Positions 26,376 to 38,604 of a stretch of DNA of 64,000 nucleotides are shown here, one piece after another. The notes under the pieces were generated by a model. That model saw only the letters and a list, made by a program, of their open reading frames with translations. It was not told the DNA's origin and searched no databases. This stretch comes from Octopus sinensis (Eukaryota): contig NW_021833441.1 in the NCBI RefSeq assembly GCF_006345805.1, forward strand, positions 88,963-152,962, in the 5' to 3' direction. The stretch's first letter is position 1, and every line of letters starts with the position of its first letter. The position numbers and the translations under genes were made by a program.

Positions 26376-26898
26376 GGGAATAAATCCAAACATACAGGGA
26401 AAAATTAGATTGAGGATTAAATCAAATTTCACAGTATAAATATAAATTAAATTAGAGATAAAACCACAACGAGGCAAATCAAACAGTGAAGAATATAAAC
26501 CAAAACATAAAAATAAATATAATTCATATAATATACAAAATATATAAAATTAAAAATTTAAATTATTTAAATTTAAAATTTTTTATTTATATTCATAATT
26601 TTTTATATTTTTTAAATTTTTAATTTTTAATTTTTAAACTTTTAATTTTTTAATTAAAAAATTTTTTTTAATATTTTAATTTTGCTAATTTTTTTTATAT
26701 AACTATCAAAAAGTATTAAAAAGTTTAATATAATATAATATAATAAGTAAAACCACTACGTACGTTTCGTGGCCATAACCCAATTCGAATTATAATAATT
26801 TAAATTCAATTATAAATTTGAATTATAATTATAGTCAATCTTCAGGTTAATGATAATAGTCAAATAAATAAGCAAATATATTTAAACAATATTTTTTA
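26200..26898 (-). repeat. Right arm of long inverted repeat
   Basis: Reverse complement of 24824-25489. Confidence 0.92.
26751..26850 (-). ncRNA. Type I hammerhead-like motif, sense to the host pre-mRNA
   Basis: Same motif as 24868-24968, in the right arm of the inverted repeat. Confidence 0.6.
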
Positions 26899-27644
26899 AG
26901 AAATAAAAAAAAATAATATTTTTCTTATAAAAAACTCTATTATCAAATTAGAACTTTAATGATTAGGATTATGTCATACAATCCAATTATAATGTCAAAT
27001 ATTCATAGATAGAAAATGTATTTAACTATTAAGATATAATAAGGCTTGAATAAACATAATAAACTCACGAATAGCCTAATCTCAGTTATAGTCAATATCT
27101 GATTACCAAATTATTTAACAAATAAATAATCACCATTCATATTTTTAAATTTTAGCTGAAAATGGCGGGCTTAATCGCAATGCATTTCGGTAACAATCTG
27201 CCTATTCGGAACAAAAATTCAGTATTGAACTATTCCAGTGAAAAATATAAATTTAAAATTAAGGATAACATCTTTATAAGAAATTATTAGTAGTTAGCGT
27301 GAAAAAACTCGTAAGAGAAAAAATCTGTAAATTTTCATAGATATGTAAGTATAAACATTCGTACATGCTACGACGAATTCTACGGTTGGCTGTCGGGTAT
27401 GCTATATTGTGTTTTTTCCTTACATGTTTTGAGTTCGTTGCACTGAAGAGCATAGGATGCATATTCTGCATTGATTGCGAAATCACAGGTGATATGTAAC
27501 TAAATTCTGTTTTTAAATGACTTGCTTTGAAGTTTTGCATTCGGTACAATTTGTTTATTTTAGTAGTTTTGACTGCAAGAGTCCCTCCTAGCGTGCGGTA
27601 CCTATGAATAATAGTACCCTCTATATAATATATATATATATATA

Positions 27645-28157
27645 CTAGCAGTATCGCCCGGCGTTGCTCGGATTTGTAAGGGAAATAACTATATAAGCAT
27701 TTTTAGAGAGTTACTTCCCTTATAGATGCCAATTTGGGATTTCTTAGTCATTTCTGTTTTGGTGTCTTCAAGCCATGAAGTCGTTGTTCTAAAAGAACGC
27801 TGGTCTCCTTGACAACACTTTACGACGTTAATTTCCTTACACTCCCTTCCCCACAGCTTCACGAGGGAGGGAAGAAGGGGGAGAAGCAAACAGGTGCAGG
27901 TGTGACCATGGACGCCAACTCCGCCGCCATCGGCACACGAAAAATTATGCATTAAAATGGAATAAAAAATGATGTTAAATTATTTTTAAAATCGTAGACT
28001 GATCGTAGACGCGCGCTAATACTCAGACGGGCTCGATATGAATCACGACTATAAGATACCCGAATTTGGTTAAACTGCACCGCAAAATGTGGGAGTAGTT
28101 AGGAATCTAAATCGAAGGGGACAGACACTCACACAACTACAGTTTTATATATATAGA
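27645..28157 (-). mobile_element. Non-autonomous Helitron (513 bp)
   Basis: On minus: A|TC...CTAG|T termini and 3' hairpin CCGAGCAACGCCGGG; both ends are shared with 44525-45371. Confidence 0.85.
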
Positions 28158-28174
28158 TATATATCATTTTCAAT

Positions 28175-28580
28175 ACAGGCATGGTTCTGTGGCAAGAAGA
28201 TTGCTTCTCACATACATGGATTCTTTAGTCTCATTATGTGGCACCATGTACAAATAGCGTCTACTATAAGCTTGGGTCGACTAAGCTTTCTGAGTAAATT
28301 TGCTACCGGAAGCAGTGTGGAAGCCCGTTGAATATATATGTGTGTTTGAGTGTGTGTATGTGTGTGTGTGTTTGTCTTTCTGTTTATCACCACCAACGCT
28401 TAATAACCAATGATGTTGTGTTTACGTCTCTGTAACTTAGTGGTTCGGCAAAAGCTATCCGATTGATTACGTTCCAGATTTTAAAAAGTAATTACTAAGA
28501 ACAATTTGGTCGAGTAAACCCTTGAAGTTAGTGCCCCAGCACGGCCGCAATCTAATGACTGCAACAAAGAATAGTAAAAG
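28175..28580 (+). mobile_element. Decayed tRNA-SINE
   Basis: Collinear with 3038-3473. Confidence 0.75.
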
Positions 28581-29288
28581 TATGTACTCCAGTGGCAATG
28601 TAATGATATAAGAACTTTAAAAACAATGAATTATTACAATAACATTGACTATCTTCAGACTAGTTCACAACTTTAAGCATCATATTCGAAGAACATAAAA
28701 CAATAAATGTTCATCTTTAATACATACATGAATATATATATCACATATATTTAGCCACTTTAAAGTGATCATGGGCAATATTTTTTGCTTCTTATACTGC
28801 TTCTTTCATGAACAGAGATTTTCTAACATTTTAGTGTCCTAGTCACACAATCAATGACACTATTTTCTATATATTGCAATCGAAGTAAATCCTGACATGC
28901 CTGGCCACGACTACCCACCTCTAAGGAGATCAAGTACAGATCGAAACCAGTGGGCTAAATTTTTTGAATCTAGGGAAGCAGGTGTTATCTCCCGATTGCA
29001 CTAAGTATTGAGTGTGAGAAGCGAACTGAAAAAATCAACTGATGTGTTCCTCTGGTTAAATGGCAGCGTCGTTGTCTCGTAGACGACAGATAGATAGATA
29101 AATAGAAAGAGAGAGAGAGAGAGATAATATAGATATAGATGTATATTTACATATACATATAAATACACAACTACAAGCAGATATATGTATATGAGATAGA
29201 TGTATGCATGTATGAATATTTATTGGTGCATATATATATATATATATATATAAATATATGAATATATACATGTATATATATTTGTATA

Positions 29289-29333
<45 letters not shown>

Positions 29334-29351
29334 ATATGTATATATATATGC

Positions 29352-29390
<39 letters not shown>

Positions 29391-29415
29391 GTATGTATGT
29401 ATGTATATGCATGTA

Positions 29416-30195
29416 CGAGGTCGTTTCAAGTTTCACGAATGAGTTCTTTAGCGCGCAAACAGAAGGCTGCATACGATTGTATGCGCGATGGTACCTAGCA
29501 GTGACCTTCATGAGGCAGCCTGCTGAGTGACATCGCTGTATGTACTTCGCAAGATGTGGAATTTGCATTTCGGTAATACTGTAATCTCTGATTTATGTCA
29601 TGAACAGGAAATTGGAAGAAATGAATAAAGTGTAATTTTGCGTTAAAATTGGAAAGTCTGCTACAGAGATATTGTGCATGCTTTGGCAAACTTATAGCGG
29701 CGAGACAGTGGGTCGTATGTCATGTTTCGAGTGTACGGGCGCACGAACAAATCACAGTTTAATCAAGACCATGTTCGTCATTTTCTTCCGACATCCTCGG
29801 TATTGTGCATTGGGATATTTTTCAGGGAGGACGTTTGGGGAAAATGACCGGATGTGGATTCGCGAAGTATTGAATTATTCACGACAACAACAATGCACCT
29901 ATCACCTCACTCGTGAGTTTCTTACCAATAACAATATGCTATCGCCTCTGCACCTGCTCTATTATCCAGATTTACCATTTGCTGACTTGCATCTGTTCCT
30001 CAAGATGAAAAATCAGCTCAGAGGTCGAGGTCAAGAGCGAATTTAATACCATTGTTGAGATCAAGCGGTCCTCGACACGCCTATGGAAAACTACGTCCAG
30101 ACCGGATTCCAAAAGTGTCAGAAAAGCTGGGGCCGCTGTATTAATGATCAGGTAACATAAGTTACTTTTATTAAACAAAGCTCGTTCAGAAAATT
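29416..30195 (+). mobile_element. Internally deleted, decayed mariner
   Basis: TA-CGAGG terminus; IKCNFALKL..SA.E, YYPDLPFADLHLFLKMK (YSPDLAPxDF-like). Confidence 0.75.
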
Positions 30196-30619
30196 TATAT
30201 ATATGACGGGTTTCCTTCAGTTACCATGTACATATTTAACCAACATAAACGGGTTTGTACGGATGGAGACCAGAGTACACGCAGAAGGAAAGAATACAGA
30301 ATCAAAATTCTCATTACACAGCCATGCCAACGCCTACGCGTATGCACACACACACACACACACATACACGCACCCACACATACACATACAAAAACACTAC
30401 ACACACACACATATTACGGAAATGGAAAATGGATTTTACGAGATTCGTTAATCACTACTGCCGTTTTAACCCGTCTTAAATCGGCCCCTCACGGATCAGA
30501 TAATGGTCGATTGGCCGCGGTGCATCTTTCTTTGCGGATGTTTCTCATCAGTTGGCATCTCAAAAATTATTCTGCTCAATAAACTCGGTTTCACTTGGTT
30601 CGATTATAAAGTATTTCGT

Positions 30620-31977
30620 TAGTTAATAATAATGATAATAATATTAAAATATAATAATAATAATATAATAATAATAATAATAATAATAAAATAATAATAA
30701 TAATAATAATAATAAAAATAATAATAATAATTTTAGTATGAATAAGGTGAAGACGAAGAAGAAAAAGAAGGAGGAGCAGAAGAAGAAGAAGAATAGAAGA
30801 AGAAGAAGAAGAAGAAGGCGAAGAAGAAGAAGAAGAAGAACAGCAACAACAACAACAACAAAAACAATGACAACAACAACACTAATAACAACGAAGAAGT
30901 CGGTGATGAATAAAAAGTAATATAAGTAGCAAGAAAACAGACAAGATGGACAAGCAAAACAATAACAAGAAAATTCGGGAATGAGGATAGAAATGATAAT
31001 AAAAATATATCAACATAAGTAAAATTATCAGACATACACACAGACACAAACGTACGAGGGACACACCAAACGTTGTTTTATGTTGTGGACGACTAGCTAC
31101 ATTAACATCCTTCCTAAAGAAATTGAAACGGCATATGCAGCCATCACACTGGACAGTTTGACCAAATTGCCCCAGCTGTAGCTCACTGTACAAATAGAAA
31201 ATGACGACTACCAACTTCAGCACGTCATGTAATTGTAGAGTTTAAAATAACTCATGTTATTGAATCAGTACCTCAAAAGAGTGATGATGAATATATTTCT
31301 ATACTTTCTTTTCTTTAAGTGAGTATAACTCTGCATAAATATATATTTCATAATATACCCACCTATAGACACAAATGCAAACATAGATATTCACGTACAA
31401 TCATACACTCATACACAAAATGTTATACATTTATGGAGACACATACAGACACAAACATTCATAGACAACTTCATACACACTCTAACATGAAAATAGTAAC
31501 AGAACATTAGTTAGAGATAGAGAGAGAAAAAGGAAAATGAGAAGGCATCAAGTTCCTAGAAAATATTCATAAATAAAATATTAATTCTTCTATCTTTAGA
31601 ATCATATTAATAAAAGGCGGACGGTAAAGGAGAAAATGGCCGAAATGATGTTGATGATGATGAGGAGGATGATTGCGATGTTGATCGTAAATGTTGTAAT
31701 AATGATGGTGAGAAGGAAAAGTGGGTTAATGATGATGATTATTATCGAAAACGATGACAAACGCTACCGATTAATTGGTGATGACGAGGTTGATTATTAT
31801 GATGTTCATAACGAAGGTGATGATGATTCTGCATGCTAGAAATAGCAGAGTAAATGAGGGAAGGAAATAGTTATGATGACAAGATAAATTACAACGATTA
31901 GTGAATACGAAAATATGATTAGCAGAAGGACTATGAATATGATAGCGATGAAGATGTTACTGATGACGATGATGATA

Positions 31978-32026
<49 letters not shown>

Positions 32027-32400
32027 CGACGATGATAACCATATATATGATGAAAGATGTGATGAAAAATTAGAAATTGATAAGAATAACGAAGAAGGTG
32101 AAGGAAAATAAATCATAGAATTATAGATATAGTAAAATAGAAGAAGAAGAATAAGAAGAAGAAGACGAAGAAGAAGACGAAGAAGAAGAAGACGAAGAAG
32201 AAGAAGACGAAGAAGAAGAAGAAGAAGAAGAAGAAGAAGAAGAAGAAGAAGAAGAAGAAGAAGCAAAATGATTCATGAAAAGAGGAGAAAGAAGTTGAAA
32301 AACTTAAAAGCAGAAGAACCAGAAATGATGAACAAGATGAATGTAGAGAAAAAGTTGTGATGAAGACGATAAATGCAGGAAAAGAAGATATATTAAGACA
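30620..32400. repeat. Compound trinucleotide microsatellite field (TAA, GAA, CAA, GAT)
   Basis: Direct reading. Confidence 0.9.
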
Positions 32401-32499
32401 AGAAAAATAACGTGGAATATCAGAATGGGGAAACAAGTGGGAATAAAAGAATATAAATACAAATATTATAGTCACACATCAAACAAACGCAAACATATA

Positions 32500-33000
32500 T
32501 ACATGGAGCTTACAAAAATAATTTCAAGTGCAGACTTTGTCTATTAGAAAAAATGTACATCTTATTCAAAGACAATAATTCTTTGAATCAAAGAAGTGAG
32601 TTAATGAACTTATGTAGGCACGCGGCTAAATTTAAAATGTCGAATATAAATATACCATATGGATAGAGTATATATTTTGTATTTTTGATTTTTGATTTTG
32701 ATTTTGACTCTTGAGCGCTACGATGGATTTTGATTTTATTTTTGTTTTTGTTTTTGTTTCCAAGCTATGCGGATCTAAATCCGTATAGCAAAGTCTTATG
32801 TTTCTACATATATATTAGGAAAAACCTACAAACTTTGTTTTCATGTTATTGTATTGCATAGGATTACCTTGATTATTTATATTACCTTGATTATTTATAA
32901 ATTACCCAAAATAGGATGTTATATTTTATTTTATATGTGTTTCGTATATATTTTTATTAATGCACCCATTTTTAAAAGCAATGTTTTTTAAAAAAAGCAA
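32500..33000 (+). mobile_element. Penelope-like (Naiad-like) 3' end
   Basis: CRLCLLEKMYIL..NSLNQRSELMNLCRH, the GIY-YIG C-terminal motif, followed by a T-rich UTR. Confidence 0.75.
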
Positions 33001-33763
33001 TGTTGTCAAAATTAGAATGTTTATATAAGTATGTGTATAGCAAAGCATATGTATTTGTAAGCATGCGTATCTGTGTATGTGTAAGTGAAAGTATGTTTGT
33101 GCTTAAGCACACATATACACGACGCTATGTATATGTATCCATTCAAACTTGTGTATATATACTGGTCTCTATAGATGCCAATAACACCGTTACACTGCTT
33201 GTATACATAATTTGTTTTCTTTTTTCTTTTTTCATTTTTTCTTATTTCGTTTTTTCCCCACCCCTCCTTCGTTCCTTTTTCTCTCTCTCCCTTTCTTTCG
33301 TTCCCCCTCCTTGCCCAGTATATGAGAATTGCTACATAGATGAATTTTAGCTTGCGTGCGAGACGGTTTGCGTGAATATATGTACACATGCTTTTATGTG
33401 TATATTTAGTTCTATATTCATACGTCTGTATATGTATGTATGGCGTTTACGCGCATCCTTTTGTGTATGTTGATATATATATGTAGATTTTAATATAAAT
33501 ATGTATTGCAGTATTTATAACAGGTTTAATTTCTATGCATTAATTTGCACTGTCTTCATTAACGTCAATAGGTTTTTTCCTCGGATTTTATAATTTTTAT
33601 AAGTTTTTTATATATATACATATATCTTTGACCTTTTTGTTTATCGCTCGAAGATTGACCGTTTTTTCTAAAGGGCCAATCAAACAAGTCCATTTCTTTT
33701 TAAAGGTGTAGCATTTGTAAGAGTATAGATTGAATTGATATATCAGTTCCATTCTAGCAAAAA

Positions 33764-33801
33764 CTGTCTGATGAACGGCAACGAGAAACTCAGAGTAACA
33801 G
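33764..33801 (+). ncRNA. Minimal type I hammerhead-like motif
   Basis: CTGT-CTGATGA-A-CG-GCAA-CG-A-GAAA-CTC-A-GAG-TA-ACAG; identical copy at 48716-48753. Confidence 0.7.
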
Positions 33802-33833
33802 ATTTTGTTGAATTTTCTGCTGCTTAAAATAAA

Positions 33834-33939
<106 letters not shown>

Positions 33940-34130
33940 TGTGTGTGTATACACGTTTATGTATTTGTTTTGCAAGAATTGTGATGTGAAATCGTGTCTT
34001 GAAACAGATATTTGTTGTATTTAGGAATGGTCATGTTGTCAGTTTAGCCAATAAAAAACACACGCACTATATATTTGGTGTTACTTTGCTTCAGCTTTAT
34101 TATTTTTTACATTAATCTTACCCTTTTTTC

Positions 34131-34174
34131 GGCCAGAGTTCTTTCGTCACACTCCTGTGACCTCATCAGTGGTT
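34131..34174 (-). ncRNA. Minimal type I hammerhead-like motif
   Basis: Minus strand: AACCA-CTGATGA-G-GTCAC-AGGAGT-GTGAC-GAAA-GAAC-TC-TGG; core intact, 5-bp stem II, minimal stem III. Confidence 0.7.
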
Positions 34175-34505
34175 CATTGCTTTCTTCATTCATATTTGTG
34201 TGTCTCTCCTTACTAACGATCAGCCATTTTGTATTTTGTATTTCTATTGTATGTGTCTTCATTTGCGCATGTGTATACCTCTATATGTGTCTGTGTTTAG
34301 TTAGAGTGTGTGTGTTTGGGGGGGAATGTCTGTAATATTTGAATCTCCTGTTTATATACGTTCGAAAGAAGTCTGCCCGAAATAAGATTAAGATTAATGT
34401 CAAAAATAAATACAGCTGAATGAAAGTAGCACGAAATATATAGTGCGTGTGTTTTTATTGGCTAAAATGGCAAAATGACCATTCCTAAATATATATATAT
34501 ATTCC

Positions 34506-34574
<69 letters not shown>

Positions 34575-34799
34575 CTGTGTCTGCGTACATACATCCACCT
34601 ATATATACCTTATCAAACCCTGATGTATAAACGCACACACTCACTTCCAGGCCACACATATATTCCCACTTTCTCACACACAGGCAAACATAAATTGCAA
34701 GACAATATGAATTGTAGAAGAATGAGGGTAAATAAAGAAGATAAGAGAGACATTTAGTTTGTGGAAATGACATTGGATGACATATCGAGATCTTATTAT

Positions 34800-34888
34800 G
34801 AAGAAGATGACTAACATAAGAGAAAGTTGATGATGAAGAATAGGCCGAAAAAGGAAACAACGATGAAGAAGCAGCAGTAGTGGTAGTG

Positions 34889-34919
<31 letters not shown>

Positions 34920-35200
34920 AAGAAGAAAAAGAAGAAGAAGAAAAAGAAGAAGGAGGAGGAGGATGTGGTGGAGCAGGAGAAGAAGAAGAGAAGAAGAAGA
35001 AAAAGAAGAAGAACAACAACAACAAGGAGAATATGATGATGATAATGATGATGATGATGATGATAATGATGATATGCAACAACAACAGCAACAACATTAA
35101 AACAACAATAAGAGAAGTGGCAGAAAATGTAGGAGATGAAGAAAAGAATGATGTAAAAAATAAGGAGGAAACGAAAGAGTCTGTCATGAAGAAAACTTAA
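34800..35200. repeat. Compound trinucleotide microsatellite (GTA, GAA, GGA, CAA, GAT)
   Basis: Direct reading. Confidence 0.9.
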
Positions 35201-36413
35201 ATATAATATTTCTGATCTTATAATAATTCTGCTTGTCATTATGTTAATTAGTCCGTCGGTAACGCTTTCTCGTAATTAGAGAAAAAGAGGGAGAACGAAA
35301 AAGAGCGAAAGAGAAATGTCCATGACCTGAGGTAGAAGGAACGTGACTGTAATGCTTTCACGTGATTAGTTGAATGGAATGAGAGACCAAGAGAAAGAAA
35401 AAGGAATGAGAAAACGAAAGTAAGTCGAAGAGTGGGGCAGAAAGAGAGGGAGAGGGAGAAAAGGGGAGAGAAAAAGACCGGGGGAGAAAAAGAGGGAGAG
35501 GACATGTGGTAGGGGGAACGTAATATTTATTACGTGATGAAAAGGTTAGTTGAAGGTAGTGATATTGAGGAGGGTTACGAATATAATCTTAGCAGAGGCG
35601 TGATGTTCTGATGGTGAGATTAAAGAAAGGTAGATAGGTCGATAAAAAGATAGATAGATAAACTGAGAAAATGAGAGAAAGGGGGAGTGAGGGACGGTGG
35701 TAGTGGTTGTGGTGGAAGTGGTAATTGTGAGTGCATAAAGCAAAGTAAGTTTTGAATTGAACTAAGTATTTTATACCACCTTTCACTTAACGCATGCTCA
35801 TAACTCAATTCTGTTAAATATTCACACTTATTTACAGTCTCATGTGTAAGGTGTTTATATATATTACAATTAAGAAATATACCCATTATAATTAAAATAT
35901 ATATATTTCAATTAAAATAAAGGTGGACACACAGTAAATTCCATCTCTACAAGATCTCGGTTGATGTTGTTACTGCTTCTCATACAATCTGCCTTTGGTT
36001 GTGCTTCTGCCACGGTGAAATAGAAATTCGCAGTTTACGGTTATTTGATCCTTGTTCCAGAGCTGTGCTTATGAAATAAGGAAATTACAAAACTTGACTG
36101 AACAGTGGATAGATGAAGATTAGAAGCTACTCGCGAGAGGGTTAGGCACTACAGGCAGCGGATAAGAGAAGAATAGCGGTAAGAATCCAGAGAAAGGGAC
36201 AAATGGTACCAACAGATGAGACGATCTGCAATAGATGAAGAGCAACGCAAGGCACAATTGTAGTGAGAGAGAATGCAAGACCAAGGTAGAAGACAGGATG
36301 AGGAAGAACAAACACAGTACAAGGAACAACAAAGATTGATATTTCAGCGGAGAATGGAAATCATGAATGATATGCAGTGTGCCGCAAAGAAGAGGTCTAC
36401 ATTGTTTCTGTAT

Positions 36414-38561
36414 TGTTGTGGAAGGATTCCGACCACCTTCCAATTGACTAGAAGTGTACTGACATATTCCTATTAAATAGACAACTGTCGAGTCTTCATC
36501 AATTAATTGGTAAATGGTTCACTGTGAGCCACTGACAAAGAGCGTTGGGTAATCGATTCGCGTCGTGTAAACACTTTCTTTCCCCCTGATTCCTTAAATC
36601 ATCCGTTCCAAACCAGAGTATAAAAGTGGCGAAGAGTTCTTCGAAGTTTGCGTTCGACGTTTAAATTTGTTTGGGATGGGTATGAAACCAAAGAAAAATT
36701 GTTGAAGATAGAAGGCTTATTGGCGTCTGTGGTGCAGTTGCAACAGCAACAATAGTAACAACAACAAGAGCAACTACAACAGCAACAACAACAAAACCAA
36801 GAGTTGCTGGAATCAATGCTAAAGAAGTCTAAAAATATTTCAGGCGTGAACTTGCCAGACAGCGTAGCAATCTCTATTGAAGTATTCAGTTATAATCCAG
36901 AAGATGGGATTACCTTCTCTGCATATTTTCGAAGATACGAAGAAATTTTCAAAGAAGAATTTATAAATTGATCTGAGAGGAAAAATTGTACGACTACTTT
37001 GTAAGACAGGTATCCCTTTGCCAAATACAAAAAAATATTGTAATTATATTCTGCCCATGAAGTCAGGTGAGATTTGTTTCAATAAAAACTATTAACATTT
37101 TATCAAATGATTTAGAACTGGACGAAAATTAACTCTACAGACAGAAGCAGAAGAATGCCAGGGAACACGACGCAGAACAAAATGAAGAAAAAGATTGCTC
37201 TCATATTCCAGTGTCTCCACCGTAACGGATAAGAAATAAGACAAAAAATGTCAAGAAGGAGTCCATGTTGTGGTCTACATTTTAAAAGTAACTGCCCGGT
37301 TAAAATCCAAAAACGAAATTTTGTCAAAACGTTTCAGTGAAAGAGGTTCTCTGCTAAATAGTTGAGGACAGTTTTTACATTTTGTCCAAAAACATGAAGA
37401 TTTCGTCACCTGTGCCGAGGATGTTAACGGAAAGTGTAAATAATTCAAATCATATGAATTAAGATGATGTTCAAATGCATATTTTTGGTTTAAGGCCTAA
37501 CTGCAAGCAAAGATGGAAATATATGTTCACGGATGTCAACAAAATTAGAACTGGACAAAAAGTAACTCTACAGGCAGAAGCAGAAGAATGTCAGGAAAGA
37601 CGACGCAGAAAAAAATGAAGAAAGCGACGCCCAAAACGAAATTGAAGAAAAAGATTGCTCTCATATTCCAGTGTCTCCACTGTAACGGATAAGAAATAAG
37701 AGAAAAAATGTCAAGATCGAATCATTGTTGTGGGTGCGGTGGTCAACATTTTAAAAGTAATTGCCAGTTTAAAAATATAAAAGGAGTCAAATGTGGCAAG
37801 AGAGATCATAAAAAATCACACTGTAGAACAAACCTGGAAAACATTTCAACAGAAAGAAAACACGAAAACAGGTTATCGGTGAACAAAAAACGAACAGCCT
37901 CAAAGGAAATTTGTGGACGTAAAGTTGCAACTAGTTAAGGGCAGTTATATCTCGATAATTAACACAGATACATAGAAAAAAGACAGAAGACCTAGATTAA
38001 AAGACATTTCGAAAATTGTAGGTGGTGTTTCAGGAAAATAATTACATTTTAATGGTGTAATGATAAATCACGTTCCATTTCGTGGGAAAACCTTATAAAC
38101 CAAGATTTTGTGTTGAATAATATCACAAATTTATTCGGAACACTGAATAGAATTGTTTAACTTATGGGAACTCCCCATAAATCTTTTCAGTAAAAATGCG
38201 AATGGTTTTCTTGCCAATACAAATGAATCGTCGGACGATTTGTAGAAATAATTTTAAAAGACTTTTCCTGAAGTTCTCTCTGATAAATTAGATCTCAGCA
38301 TCACAACGAGTAAAGTAAAAGTAAATGCCAAACCGGTATTTAAATATAAGCGAAATGTAACCTTTGCATCGTTGGAACAGGTAAGCTTTTGCAGCGTTAG
38401 AAACAAATAAACAAAATCAGAGTGTATGCTGATTTTTTCCACTGGTTTAAATGAGTGTCTTAAAACGTACCACAAGGTATTTTCTTAATTGGATTTCTCT
38501 GACGCGTACCTACATATTAGCGTAGACGTTGAATGCTATAAATACCTAAAAATTAACGCAC

Positions 38562-38604
<43 letters not shown>

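Noticed and set aside
31056-31185. Cys-containing minus ORF QCDGCICRF as a possible LRRNT exon
   Set aside because: Lacks the later LRRNT cysteines and has the wrong exit phase; the plus strand resembles a LINE tail (NILPKEI...TLDS).
34730-34810. LRR-looking peptide HLLHNKISICHPMSFPQTKCLSYLL on minus after an AG
   Set aside because: No GT donor at the expected 72-nt position; embedded in low-complexity sequence; likely chance.
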